Source: an uncultured delta proteobacterium
GTDB lineage: Bacteria; Myxococcota_A; Polyangia; Polyangiales; Polyangiaceae
Reading direction: 5' to 3'
DNA: 64,000 nt
NCBI GenBank assembly: GCA_963850305.1
Contig: CAWKKR010000008.1
Location: 928,001 to 992,000, forward strand
Positions 55,374 to 64,000 of the stretch are shown piece after piece. The notes below the pieces were generated by a model. That model saw nothing but the letters and a program-made list of their open reading frames with translations. It was not told the origin of the DNA and searched no databases. The position numbers and the translations under genes were made by a program. The stretch's first letter is position 1, and each line of letters opens with the position of its first letter.

Positions 55374-55409
55374 AACCGAGGGTCCCGGTGTCCATTCCGT
55401 CACCCAGGC
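55374..55409. mobile_element. Orphan IS481 right-end relic
   Basis: Matches 54110-54143 with two mismatches and a 2-nt insertion. Confidence 0.75.
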
Positions 55410-55553
55410 TGCCGCAGCGAGGAGGCGGCATCGCCCGCACCGGCGTGCGGCGATGCCCCGAATGCTCTCGTCCCGATACGGACGATGCTCGGCTGGATGG
55501 GCGCGGCAGGTACGACGCCTGCGTGATCGTCGCGTCCGTGCGGCACGACGCGC

Positions 55554-56102
55554 TCAGCGGAGCACGTCCTCGACGCGGAGGCTCACGTCGGGAAAAAGCA
55601 GGAGCTGGATGGCCTCGCCGTGCTCGAACGTGCGCGCGCTCCGGAACGCGCCGCCCGCCGGATCGCGGTACACGTCGATGCGCCGCGCAGCGACGTCGAC
55701 GACCCAGTACTCCGGGACGCCCCGCGCGGCATAGATCCGGAGCTTCTGCCCGCGGTCCTTCGCGAGCGAGCTCTCCGCCACCTCGATCACGAGGTATGCC
55801 TCCGTCGGATGATCCGTCACGTAGTCCGCGAGCGGCGCAACCAGGATGTCCGGCTGCGGCTCCGAGATGTCGCTCACCGCGAACGGGTTCTGGATCCGGA
55901 TCCGCGCCCGATCGCCGAGCGCGCGCACCAGGAGGAGGGTCAGGAAGTCGACGGCGGACGAATGCGGTGGACCGATGGGGCTCATCGGGACGAGCAGCCC
56001 CTCGAGAAGCTCGATACGCTCGTCCTCGAACGCGCCGAGCGCGCCGAGCTTCTCGTACTCGGTCCGCCGGAGCGGGCGGAAGTCCTGGGGCAAAACGGCC
56101 AT
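55554..56102 (-). CDS. Uma2 family endonuclease-fold protein
   Basis: RIELLEG, EPQPDI and IEVAESSL..DR..K..IYA..GVPEYWVVD motifs. Confidence 0.9.
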   Translation of the reverse strand: MAVLPQDFRPLRRTEYEKLGALGAFEDERIELLEGLLVPMSPIGPPHSSAVDFLTLLLVRALGDRARIRIQNPFAVSDISEPQPDILVAPLADYVTDHPTEAYLVIEVAESSLAKDRGQKLRIYAARGVPEYWVVDVAARRIDVYRDPAGGAFRSARTFEHGEAIQLLLFPDVSLRVEDVLR

Positions 56103-56288
56103 GGCGATCTCCCGTTCAGAGGTTTTATAGCACCCACGGAAGGCGCGTCGGGCAACGCAATCAGTCGGTTGCGCGTGTGCGGCGACACCCAGCGCGCGCA
56201 TGTCAGCGCGACCCGGAGCGGGCGCGCGAAGGCGCACGGGGCCAGGCCGCTCACCACGTCTTGGGTGTTCGATCGTAAACTGCCGGGA

Positions 56289-56334
56289 TGGCGGGGATCG
56301 TGCCGGTTGAAGCCGCGATGCCGACGAGGTCGCG
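56289..56334. repeat. 46-bp direct repeat, copy 2
   Basis: 43 of 46 bases identical to 54605-54650. Confidence 0.9.
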
Positions 56335-56409
56335 TGTGACCGCGCCGTCGGTTCGAGAAGCCATCCGAGCGGATGATGCTATAAACCCTCCGTCTTTACG
56401 GAGAAAGAG

Positions 56410-57549
56410 ATGCAAAAGTCCAAAGTCGCCGTCATCAAGGTGAAGCCCGAAACCGTCCTCGACGACATCGCGCGCGTCGCGGAGCTCGCGGGAATGAAGT
56501 CCGCCCTCGCCGCGGGCACGACGACGATTCTGAAAGACAATATCTCGTGGCACTACCCCTTCCCCGGCGCGAACACGACGCCGTGGCAGCTCCAGGGGAC
56601 CGCGCGCGCGCTTCGAGGCGCGGGTTTTCAGGACGTCGTGTGCGTCCAGAACAAGACGGTCGTCACCAACGCCTTCAAGGGCGAGGACATGAACAAGTAT
56701 GTGCCGATCTTCGAGAGCGAGAAGATCCCCGTGCTCTACAACTTCCGCGAAGAGGACATGAAGTGGATCGAGTACCGCCCGAAGGCGCGCCTCCACGTCC
56801 TCCAGAACATCTTCCCCGAGGGGATTCGCATTCCGGATTACTTCGTCGGCAAGAACATCGTTCATCTGCCGACCGTGAAGTGCCACATCTACACGACGAC
56901 GACCGGCGCGATGAAGAACGCCTTCGGCGGCTTGCTCAGCACGAAGCGTCACTACACGCACAGCTGGATTCATCGGACCCTCGTCGACCTGCTCGCGATT
57001 CAAAAAGAGATCCACAGCGGCCTCTTCGCGATCATGGACGGCACGACGTGCGGCAACGGCCCCGGTCCGCGCACGATGTTCCCCGTCGTCAAGGATTACA
57101 TGCTGGCAAGTGCCGATCAGGTCGCGATCGACGCGGTCGCGGCGAAGATGATGGGGTTCGATCCCATGAAGCTCGAGTTCATCAAGGTGGCGCATGACGA
57201 CGGCCTCGGCGTCGGAGACCCGCGCGACATCGAGATCGTCGGCGCGGACATCTCCAAGGAGAGCTGGGGCTTCTCGGTCGGTGACAACGCCGCGAGCCAC
57301 GTGGGCGACATCATGTGGTTCGGGCCCATGAAGCGCTTCCAGAAGCTCTTCTTCCACACCCCGCTCGTGAACGCCTTCATCCTCGGGAGCGAGGTTTATC
57401 ACGACTATTATCGCTGGCCGCGCCGCGACAAGGGGGTCTTCGAGAGCTGGAAGCGCGGCACCTCGTGGGGCCATCTCTTCGAAGAATACGAGCGCGGCGA
57501 ACACACGCGCCCGGCGCGCAGCACCGCGACGACCGAAGCACGCGCCTGA
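56410..57549 (+). CDS. DUF362 domain protein
   Basis: ILKDN, LPTVKCH..TTTTGAMKN.FG, NGPG and DQVAID motifs. Confidence 0.85.
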   Translation: MQKSKVAVIKVKPETVLDDIARVAELAGMKSALAAGTTTILKDNISWHYPFPGANTTPWQLQGTARALRGAGFQDVVCVQNKTVVTNAFKGEDMNKYVPIFESEKIPVLYNFREEDMKWIEYRPKARLHVLQNIFPEGIRIPDYFVGKNIVHLPTVKCHIYTTTTGAMKNAFGGLLSTKRHYTHSWIHRTLVDLLAIQKEIHSGLFAIMDGTTCGNGPGPRTMFPVVKDYMLASADQVAIDAVAAKMMGFDPMKLEFIKVAHDDGLGVGDPRDIEIVGADISKESWGFSVGDNAASHVGDIMWFGPMKRFQKLFFHTPLVNAFILGSEVYHDYYRWPRRDKGVFESWKRGTSWGHLFEEYERGEHTRPARSTATTEARA

Positions 57550-57558
57550 CTAGGAAAG

Positions 57559-57922
57559 GGGGGTCTTGACCCCCGCGGCTCGCTTCGCGACCGCTCCCCC
57601 GCCGCCTTCGGCGGGCTCGTGCTTGCAGGGGGTCTTGACCCCCGCGGCTCGCTTCGCGACCGCTCCCCCGCCGCCTTCGGCGGGCTCGCTGCGCTCGCTT
57701 GCCAAGGGGGCCTTGCCAGCCTTACCCCCGCGGCTCGCTTCGCGACCGCTCCCCCGCCGCCTTCGGCGGGCTCGTGCTTGCAGGGGGTCTTGACCCCCGC
57801 GGCTCGCTTCGCGACCGCTCCCCCGCCGCCTTCGGCGGGCTCGTGCTTGCAGGGGGTCTTGACCCCCGCGGCTCGCTTCGCGACCGCTCCCCCGCCGCCT
57901 TCGGCGGGCTCGCTGCGCTCGC
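57559..57922. repeat. Five-copy REP/BIME-like tandem array (69-bp basic unit)
   Basis: The unit gggggtcttgacccccgcggctcgcttcgcgaccgctcccccgccgccttcggcgggctcgtgcttgca lies between convergent genes. Confidence 0.92.
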
Positions 57923-57976
57923 GTAGTTCCGCACCTCTTTGATCCCTTGGGGACGACGATGCTCGTCGATGCGGAA

Positions 57977-58873
57977 CTACCGAGCACGGCCGCGGCGCGA
58001 CGTCAGTCCGACGACGTTGATGGGCTCTTCGGAGACCGCGAACGTGAGCTTATCGCCGAGGCGGATGGCCGTTTTGAGGAAGGGTCCATCCAGGAAGAGC
58101 CGCGCGTCGCGCATCTTGCTGGTGACGGTGATCTCGCGACCCGGTTCCAGGATGAGCCGCGTCATGCGGTATCGTGAACCGTCACCCGCGAACGGCTCCC
58201 GCACGACGAGCTGGAGCCGACGCGAGGCGAGCGGCAAGGTCTTGCCGCCGGCGGAGTGCAGAGCGCCCGTCGAACCGGCTGCAGTCCCGACCCAAAATCC
58301 GCTGGAGACCTGCTCCTCGCGCTTGCGTCCGTGAGCCAGCACGTAGCGCGACGCGGCCGCGGGAGTCTCGTGGCAAAAGAGCGCCTCGTTGAGGACGCGC
58401 CGCGAGATCACTCGGCCGTTCAGCGTGACGCGCATGCGCGAGAGGCGGAGCGAGCCTGCGGTGCCGGCAAGCGCTTTTGCCACCAGCGCTTCCACGTTGC
58501 TCCTCCGAGCTCCACAGAAGAAACCGACGCTCGAGGCGGGCGAGCTGTTCACACCGAGAATGGGCGTGGCCCCCACGTGATGAGAGGCCGAGAGAAGCGT
58601 CCCGTCGCCGCCAACCGTGATGACCAGCGCCGAATCGGAGGCGTCGAAGACGGCGCGCGGCCCGTGAAGCACCCAGACGCGCGCGCCGCGCTTCTTCAGC
58701 GCGCGTTCCACCGCGGCCAGCGTCGCCGTGTGCTCGCGGTGCGACTGCTTCCATGTCGTGACGGTCGGGTCGCGACGTCGGAGAAGACGGATCACCTCGG
58801 GGTCACGCTCGTCCTCCACGTAGCGGCCGTAATGCGTCTTCTTGACGACGACGATCACGCGCGGGACGGTCAC
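57977..58873 (-). CDS. nadK: NAD(+) kinase
   Basis: GGDGT, LNEA and TAAGST motifs. Confidence 0.88.
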   Translation of the reverse strand: MTVPRVIVVVKKTHYGRYVEDERDPEVIRLLRRRDPTVTTWKQSHREHTATLAAVERALKKRGARVWVLHGPRAVFDASDSALVITVGGDGTLLSASHHVGATPILGVNSSPASSVGFFCGARRSNVEALVAKALAGTAGSLRLSRMRVTLNGRVISRRVLNEALFCHETPAAASRYVLAHGRKREEQVSSGFWVGTAAGSTGALHSAGGKTLPLASRRLQLVVREPFAGDGSRYRMTRLILEPGREITVTSKMRDARLFLDGPFLKTAIRLGDKLTFAVSEEPINVVGLTSRRGRAR

Positions 58874-59559
58874 GGATAGCGCTCCGCGAGCCGTCGCAGC
58901 AGAAGCTCGGTCTTCGCGTCCTCGATCTTGCCGTCTCGGCAATACTCGAGCGCGGCCACCAGCGCGACGTCGACCACACAGCCGAGGCGCTCCAGCGCCG
59001 AGCCGTCGAGAGGCGGCTCGACCCGCGCCCTGGGACTCACCTCGACCTCGAAGAAGAAGTGTCGTTCAGCGATGACCCCGGGGCACGGGTACGTGCTCGG
59101 ACCCAGCGCCCGGAGCCGGGCGGGCGCGACCTCGAACCCCGCCTCTTCGTGAAGCTCACGAGCTGCGGCGCGGACGAGACCTTCCGGGCTCTGCTCGCCT
59201 TCTTCGATGATGCCGGCGGGGAGCTCCCAGAGACCACCCTTGTTGTCGGGCACGGCGATGGGGGCTCGCTCGCGCCCGCGAAAGTAAACCGGGGGTCGAA
59301 GGGCACTCCGCAGAAAGACGCGGCGCTCGCCGCCGGGGCCGATGAAGTGCGCGGCGATGACGACCGCGTCGATGCCCCGGCGATCCACCTCGTCGTAGAT
59401 GAAAGGCGGACTCGTCGTGCCGTCGGGGTACCGCGCGACGAGCTTTCGCCGCACGAGACGCAAGAAGGCCCGGACGGAACGAGGCTCAGGCGGTGACAGG
59501 TCCTCCAGCATTTCGAGCTGGATTGCCGGAAAAGCGGGGAGCTTGTCGGCTGGAGTCAT
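58870..59559 (-). CDS. NUDIX hydrolase (ADP-ribose pyrophosphatase-like)
   Basis: ELPAG...AARELHEEAG and IEDAKT motifs. Confidence 0.88.
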   Translation of the reverse strand: MTPADKLPAFPAIQLEMLEDLSPPEPRSVRAFLRLVRRKLVARYPDGTTSPPFIYDEVDRRGIDAVVIAAHFIGPGGERRVFLRSALRPPVYFRGRERAPIAVPDNKGGLWELPAGIIEEGEQSPEGLVRAAARELHEEAGFEVAPARLRALGPSTYPCPGVIAERHFFFEVEVSPRARVEPPLDGSALERLGCVVDVALVAALEYCRDGKIEDAKTELLLRRLAERYP

Positions 59560-59637
59560 GGGAATTTGCCGCCCTCCTTGCCACGAGCGGCGCGTGCAGA
59601 GTACATCGAGGAGCCGGCAAATACTCGGGAGAAACGA

Positions 59638-60504
59638 ATGCTTCGCCATCGCCGCTGCACAGGCTCGACGCTCGTCATGCTTCTGCTTTTGACTCAGGGG
59701 CTCACAGCGGGAGCGTTCCTGTCAACGAGTGCGCTCGCCAAGGGTAAAGCCAAGGCACATCAAAAGGCGCCGGCCGCAGCCGACCCGGAGCTCGAGAAGC
59801 TGAAGAAGGAACTCGAGGGCGACGAAGACTCGCGGGTGACGGCTCTCGATTCGATCGGGGAATCCGGGACGCCCGAGGCCGTCCCGCTGGTGAAGGACGT
59901 GCTCGATCGCGGCAGTACTCCCAAGGTTCTGCAAGCGGCCCTCAAGGCGGCTGCGAAGTTGAAGGATCAGACACTCAGCTCCGAGATCGCGCCCTATGTG
60001 CAGGACCGATCGGAGGAGGTACGACGGGCCGCGGTCAGCGCACTCCTGAAGACCAGGGGACCGATAGCCGTCGAGGCGCTCCGCAAGGGGCTCCACAGCA
60101 ACGACGCGGCAGTGCGAGGCACTTCGGCCACCGGGCTCGGCGCGCTCGGAGCTCACGAGGCGCTGGACGATCTGTTCACGGCCTTCGATCACGGCATCGC
60201 GGAGGCCGCGGCGGCCATCGGCCAGATCTGCCACCCGGAGGAATGCGAGAAGTTCGCCGACCGAACGGGCCACGTCGCTTTCGACGTGATGAGCACTGGC
60301 TTCGATCAGATCTTGTTCCGTCCTTCGAACGAGATCCCGGACGAGGAAAAGAGCCGTCTCATCGGCAGACTGCGCGAGCTGGGGACGCCGGAGGTCGGAA
60401 AATATCTCGCAGACGTCAGTGACCGCTGGCCGAAAGACTGGAGCAAGAAGCTGAAGCAGATGCTCGACTCGGCGGTGCACGCGGTCGGAGGAGTGAAGAA
60501 ATGA
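59638..60504 (+). CDS. Secreted HEAT-repeat protein
   Basis: Signal peptide, VRRAAVSAL and VRGTSATGLG. Confidence 0.8.
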   Translation: MLRHRRCTGSTLVMLLLLTQGLTAGAFLSTSALAKGKAKAHQKAPAAADPELEKLKKELEGDEDSRVTALDSIGESGTPEAVPLVKDVLDRGSTPKVLQAALKAAAKLKDQTLSSEIAPYVQDRSEEVRRAAVSALLKTRGPIAVEALRKGLHSNDAAVRGTSATGLGALGAHEALDDLFTAFDHGIAEAAAAIGQICHPEECEKFADRTGHVAFDVMSTGFDQILFRPSNEIPDEEKSRLIGRLRELGTPEVGKYLADVSDRWPKDWSKKLKQMLDSAVHAVGGVKK

Positions 60505-62270
60505 GCCGCACCTCGGTGTCGATCGGGGTCGCTCTGTGTGGTCTCGCGCTCGCCGGGTGCGGCGGCGGCATGGCGCGCACGGCACCCTTCGCGCAGGACT
60601 GGCAGAGCGACGGAGGCAAGGGCATCGCCCTCGTCCAGGCCAAGCTCGCGGACGTCAGAATGCCCGCGACAGGCGGGCTCGTCGTCGGGGTGACGAAGAC
60701 CGGGCTCGTCGCGAGCATGCTCGACGGATCGCACGCGTGGAAACACGACGGCGCCGTGGATGCGCGCCCGTCGATCGCGGGCAACGTCGTCGCCTACTCG
60801 AACGCCGGCAAGCTGTACGCACTCGACGGCACGACCGGAAAGCAGCTCTGGGCCATCAGCATCGGCTCGAAGCGGCTCCGCGGCGCAGGCGACGACGGGT
60901 CGATCACGGTGGCGAGCCTGGGTAGCGAAGCCGGGGGCGGTACGTTACTCGTCGCCGTGAACCGGAGCGGCACGGTCGTGCGCTCCTGGTCTCCGCGACC
61001 GGACGTCGGCATCCCCGCGATCGAGGGCGGAGTCGTGTTCGCGCCGTGGGGCGGCCAGTACGTGTCCGCGCTCGACATCGCGGCGGGCGGAGAAGAGGGG
61101 CGCGTGCTGGCGCGCACGGTGGTGAGCCGCGCCCTTGCCATCGGCGGCTCGCTCTACTTCGGGCAGAACGCGCTTCTGCGCTTCGACTCGGCGATTTCGA
61201 AGTCCGGTGAGAACGGCGGGAACATAGTGAGGCTGCCGGAGCGCGAGCTCCCCGGAAAACCGGTCTGGTTCCCCGACGGCACTCAGGTTCTACCGCCCAC
61301 CGCAGGCGCGCCGGACGCGATCCGCCTGTACGCGCGGCCCGCCGAGACCGGCGGCAAGCTTGGCGCCGACTCCGAGCGATTCGCCGCGACGTACTTTCGA
61401 ATCGCGGTCGGCTTCGACAGCGTGGACGGCTCGCTCCGCTGGGTACGCACGATGCCGGCGGAGGTCGTCGGCGGAGACGGTCTGACCGGCGGCTACGCGT
61501 TCTGCGACAACGAAGGCAACGTCTGGTTCACCGATGCCCGCGTCGGTGGAGCCGCAGGACACGTCTCGCTCGGCACGCCCCTCATCGGCTGCGTCGTCGA
61601 CGGTGGCTCGTTTCACCTCCCGCCGAACACGGGCGAAGGGACGCTCGCCGAGCAGATCTCGGCAGCCATCAATCTTTCCGAGCCACAGATGGCGACCATC
61701 CAGAGGTTCCTGCTTCGAGAGCTCGGCACGAATACGGATCCCACGATCACGAAAACACTACTCGATCTGGCGACCGACGCCCGAACTCAGCCGGACCTCT
61801 TGAACGAGGCCCGCAGCCAGCTCGCGTCCCGACGGAACGGCATCGAGTACATGCTCGAAGCGCTCGGACGCCACTACGACTACCTCGCTGGCGATCTCCG
61901 GCCGCCGCCCGTCGGTCCGCTCGCGGATGCGCTGGCCGCGAGCGGCGAGAAGAAGGCCGCGCCGCTGCTGGCCGCGCACCTGAACGATCCCGCGGACTCG
62001 ACGAGCGACGCACGGCACGCGGCCCACGCCCTCGTGAAGCTCGCGACGCCCGCGGAGCTTCCCGCGGTCGAGCATTTCTTCGCGGAGTATCACGCGGCTG
62101 CGACCAACGACGACCTCGTGGCCGCCGTGATCGACGCCGCGGGCATCCTGGTCCATGACGGCGGCCCCAGCGGGGCCGAGCGCGTCAAGCGCGCGGCGAG
62201 CGATCCGCTGACGACCGCGGCCGTCCGCGAAGGCATCGCGAATCTGCTGCCGCCAAAGCCGTCCAACTGA
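60501..62270 (+). CDS. PQQ-like beta-propeller lipoprotein with a helical C-terminus
   Basis: Lipobox LAGC and LYALDGTTGKQLW. The start overlaps the upstream gene. Confidence 0.8.
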   Translation: MSRTSVSIGVALCGLALAGCGGGMARTAPFAQDWQSDGGKGIALVQAKLADVRMPATGGLVVGVTKTGLVASMLDGSHAWKHDGAVDARPSIAGNVVAYSNAGKLYALDGTTGKQLWAISIGSKRLRGAGDDGSITVASLGSEAGGGTLLVAVNRSGTVVRSWSPRPDVGIPAIEGGVVFAPWGGQYVSALDIAAGGEEGRVLARTVVSRALAIGGSLYFGQNALLRFDSAISKSGENGGNIVRLPERELPGKPVWFPDGTQVLPPTAGAPDAIRLYARPAETGGKLGADSERFAATYFRIAVGFDSVDGSLRWVRTMPAEVVGGDGLTGGYAFCDNEGNVWFTDARVGGAAGHVSLGTPLIGCVVDGGSFHLPPNTGEGTLAEQISAAINLSEPQMATIQRFLLRELGTNTDPTITKTLLDLATDARTQPDLLNEARSQLASRRNGIEYMLEALGRHYDYLAGDLRPPPVGPLADALAASGEKKAAPLLAAHLNDPADSTSDARHAAHALVKLATPAELPAVEHFFAEYHAAATNDDLVAAVIDAAGILVHDGGPSGAERVKRAASDPLTTAAVREGIANLLPPKPSN

Positions 62271-62434
62271 GCGCCGGTTGCGGCGACCGTGCCAGACCGA
62301 GGTTCACGGCCGTCGTGGTTCTGTCATCGCCGATGTGGGGCGGACCGACGGCGGACGACCGCCGGGCGCGTCTCCTCGGGCTCCGCGTCTGTCCTCGCAT
62401 CCTGACACGCCGAGTATGACTCGAAAGGACGCTC

Positions 62435-62820
62435 ATGCGAAACATCCACGGATCCCGGACGTCATGGACTCTCGGTGTCGCGTTCTTCGCTTCGGGAGCC
62501 GCGGCGCTCGCGTACGAGGTGCTCTGGTTGCGCACGTTCTCCGTCTCGTTCGGGAACTCGACGTACGCAACGTCCACCGTGCTGGCGTGCGTGATGGGGG
62601 CATCGGGCTCGGGAGCGTCATCGGCGGGCGAATCGCCGAGCGGTTGGGCTCGCCCGTGCGCGCCTACGGGCTCGCAGAGATGTTGATCGGCATCACCGGC
62701 TGGCGTGTGCCGCGCGGCGTTCGGCTCGCCGAGCCGCTCATCGCGTCGCTCTACGCCGAACCGAGAATGGCGGGTCACCTACTCGTGCTCGCGCGAGTCG
62801 CGATCGCGCTTGCCGTGCTC
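62435..62820 (+). pseudogene. 5' fragment of a fused MFS/spermidine synthase-like gene
   Basis: FFASGAAALAYEVLWLR...FGNSTYA...YGLAEMLIG. It is frameshifted and ends at the integrase fragment. Confidence 0.75.
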
Positions 62821-63233
62821 GACAAGCTCCGCATCAGCCGCACGACGTCCTCCCGCGACAGCACCGTCGGCAACCGCACCGGGCGCTTCGCCCGAACCAC
62901 GTCCTCCAGCCAGTCCATCTCGACGCCCAGCACGTTGCGATAGAGAAACAGTATCGCGCTGAGCGCCTGATTCTGCGTCGACGCCGACACGTTTCCATCG
63001 AGAGCGAGGCTCGACAGAAACGCCGACACCTCGGATTCCCCGAGTTCGGGCGGCAATCGCCCCCGGTGGAACCTCAGGAGCCGAAGCACCCACCCGGCAT
63101 ACGCCTTCTCCGTCCTGGGGCTGAAGTGCCGCACCCTCACCGCATGTCGAACCTTCTCGACGATCTCGTCGCGACGGCGCCAGGCCGCGACCTCCTGCCC
63201 GTCGTCGTCCGGCTCTGCCACGTCCGGGCCCAA
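62820..63233 (-). pseudogene. intI: Integron integrase, N-terminal part only
   Basis: RHFSPRTEKAY..W, EVSAFLSSLA, VSASTQNQALSAILFLY and RLPTVLSRE. The catalytic domain is absent. Confidence 0.88.
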
Positions 63234-63399
63234 GCAACCTCCGCGCCACCTTCCGGCGAGCTGTCATCCATTCGTCCGCACCGGCGTCCGGAGGCTCTCG
63301 CCATGGCGGTCGCCACGCACCGGATATACGGACCCATTCAATGGACTACCCGAGCCGCAGATGCGAATTATTGCTTCAGCGGAACCGGGTACGCCGCTC

Positions 63400-63440
63400 C
63401 TCGCATTGGCCTACGAAGACCGATCGAGATACCGTTAGCC
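63400..63440 (+). other. Putative attI site (core G/TTAGCC at 63434)
   Basis: GTT core upstream of and divergent from intI. GTTAGCC is the exact complement of the cassette's GGCTAAC. Confidence 0.65.
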
Positions 63441-63465
63441 AGACATCCTTCATGACCAGGAGCGT

Positions 63466-63882
63466 GTGATCGTGCCGGTGTTTGATGGAACAGCCCGCGC
63501 GCAGGTAGACGAGATCCTCGCTTTCGCTGGTTCCTTCGGGTCGGCTTCCCTCCTGTCGCGTTCGTCTGGCGAGATCGTGGCGTCAGCTGGTTCCGTGCAC
63601 CGTCCCGAGCTCGATGCCGCCATTGCCACTCACGTCGGGCGTCTTGTTGCGACCTCACCGCATTGGATCGTTGCCGAAGTGGGAGTGAGCTACCTGCTCG
63701 CGGTTGACGCCGGCACCGCTGGTGCCACGCCGTCGTCCGCGCGGCGCGTTGCCGAGGTGCGTTCGCTGCTCGAGCGCATGATTGGAGCACACACCGATGG
63801 TGGCGGCAAGGCACCGTCGGGCGCAGCACCAGCACACGCGACTGTTACCCATCGCCCTGATCGGAAGGGGAGTGCTGGCTAA
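63466..63882 (+). CDS. Integron cassette 1 ORF, hypothetical, possibly Roadblock/LC7-like
   Basis: 138 aa ORF with a GGAG RBS that fills the cassette. Its TAA stop lies inside the attC inverse core. Confidence 0.7.
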   Translation: MIVPVFDGTARAQVDEILAFAGSFGSASLLSRSSGEIVASAGSVHRPELDAAIATHVGRLVATSPHWIVAEVGVSYLLAVDAGTAGATPSSARRVAEVRSLLERMIGAHTDGGGKAPSGAAPAHATVTHRPDRKGSAG

Positions 63883-63960
63883 CTAGCCGCTGAACCTGAC
63901 GGTCGCCGGCGGTCGCTTTGCTCCCTCTGGCGCCCGCAGGTTAGCGCCAGTACGTTAGGC
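63877..63960 (+). other. attC recombination site (84 bp)
   Basis: Inverse core GGCTAAC and core GTTAGGC. Inner arms cgctGaacctgAcggtcgcc and ggcgcccgcaggttagcg pair with unpaired extra bases. Confidence 0.9.
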
Positions 63961-64000
63961 AGACATGGGTGTTGTCGTCGGGCCTACGCACCAGGGCTGA

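Noticed and set aside
57559..57922. CRISPR array
   Set aside because: The linkers are short and repeated rather than unique spacers, and there are no cas genes.

Overview
High-GC window with gene content typical of Myxococcota, probably Polyangiales (inferred from gene families, not searched). Bases 1-37.5 kb and 56.4-62.3 kb are mostly housekeeping, envelope and signalling genes (sppA, proB, lepB, pcnB, coaX, lgt, ftsEX/envC-like, PBP, phoH-family, eno, NAD kinase). The stretch from 37.9 to 56.4 kb is accessory. It holds Gly/Cys-rich lipoproteins with their own lnt, an AbrB plus DUF6036-like putative TA pair, a divergent pair of self-processing lipoproteins (S74 chaperone and Hint domain), an IS481 element with phased end repeats beside a 21-bp hairpin array, two Uma2 genes and several gene relics. 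The window ends in an integron with a truncated integrase, a putative attI, one complete cassette with a canonical attC and the start of a second cassette. Many genes are frameshifted, and four frameshifts are the same extra A in CAGATC, which points to sequencing error. No CRISPR array, tRNA or rRNA was seen. All family calls come from motif recognition by eye.
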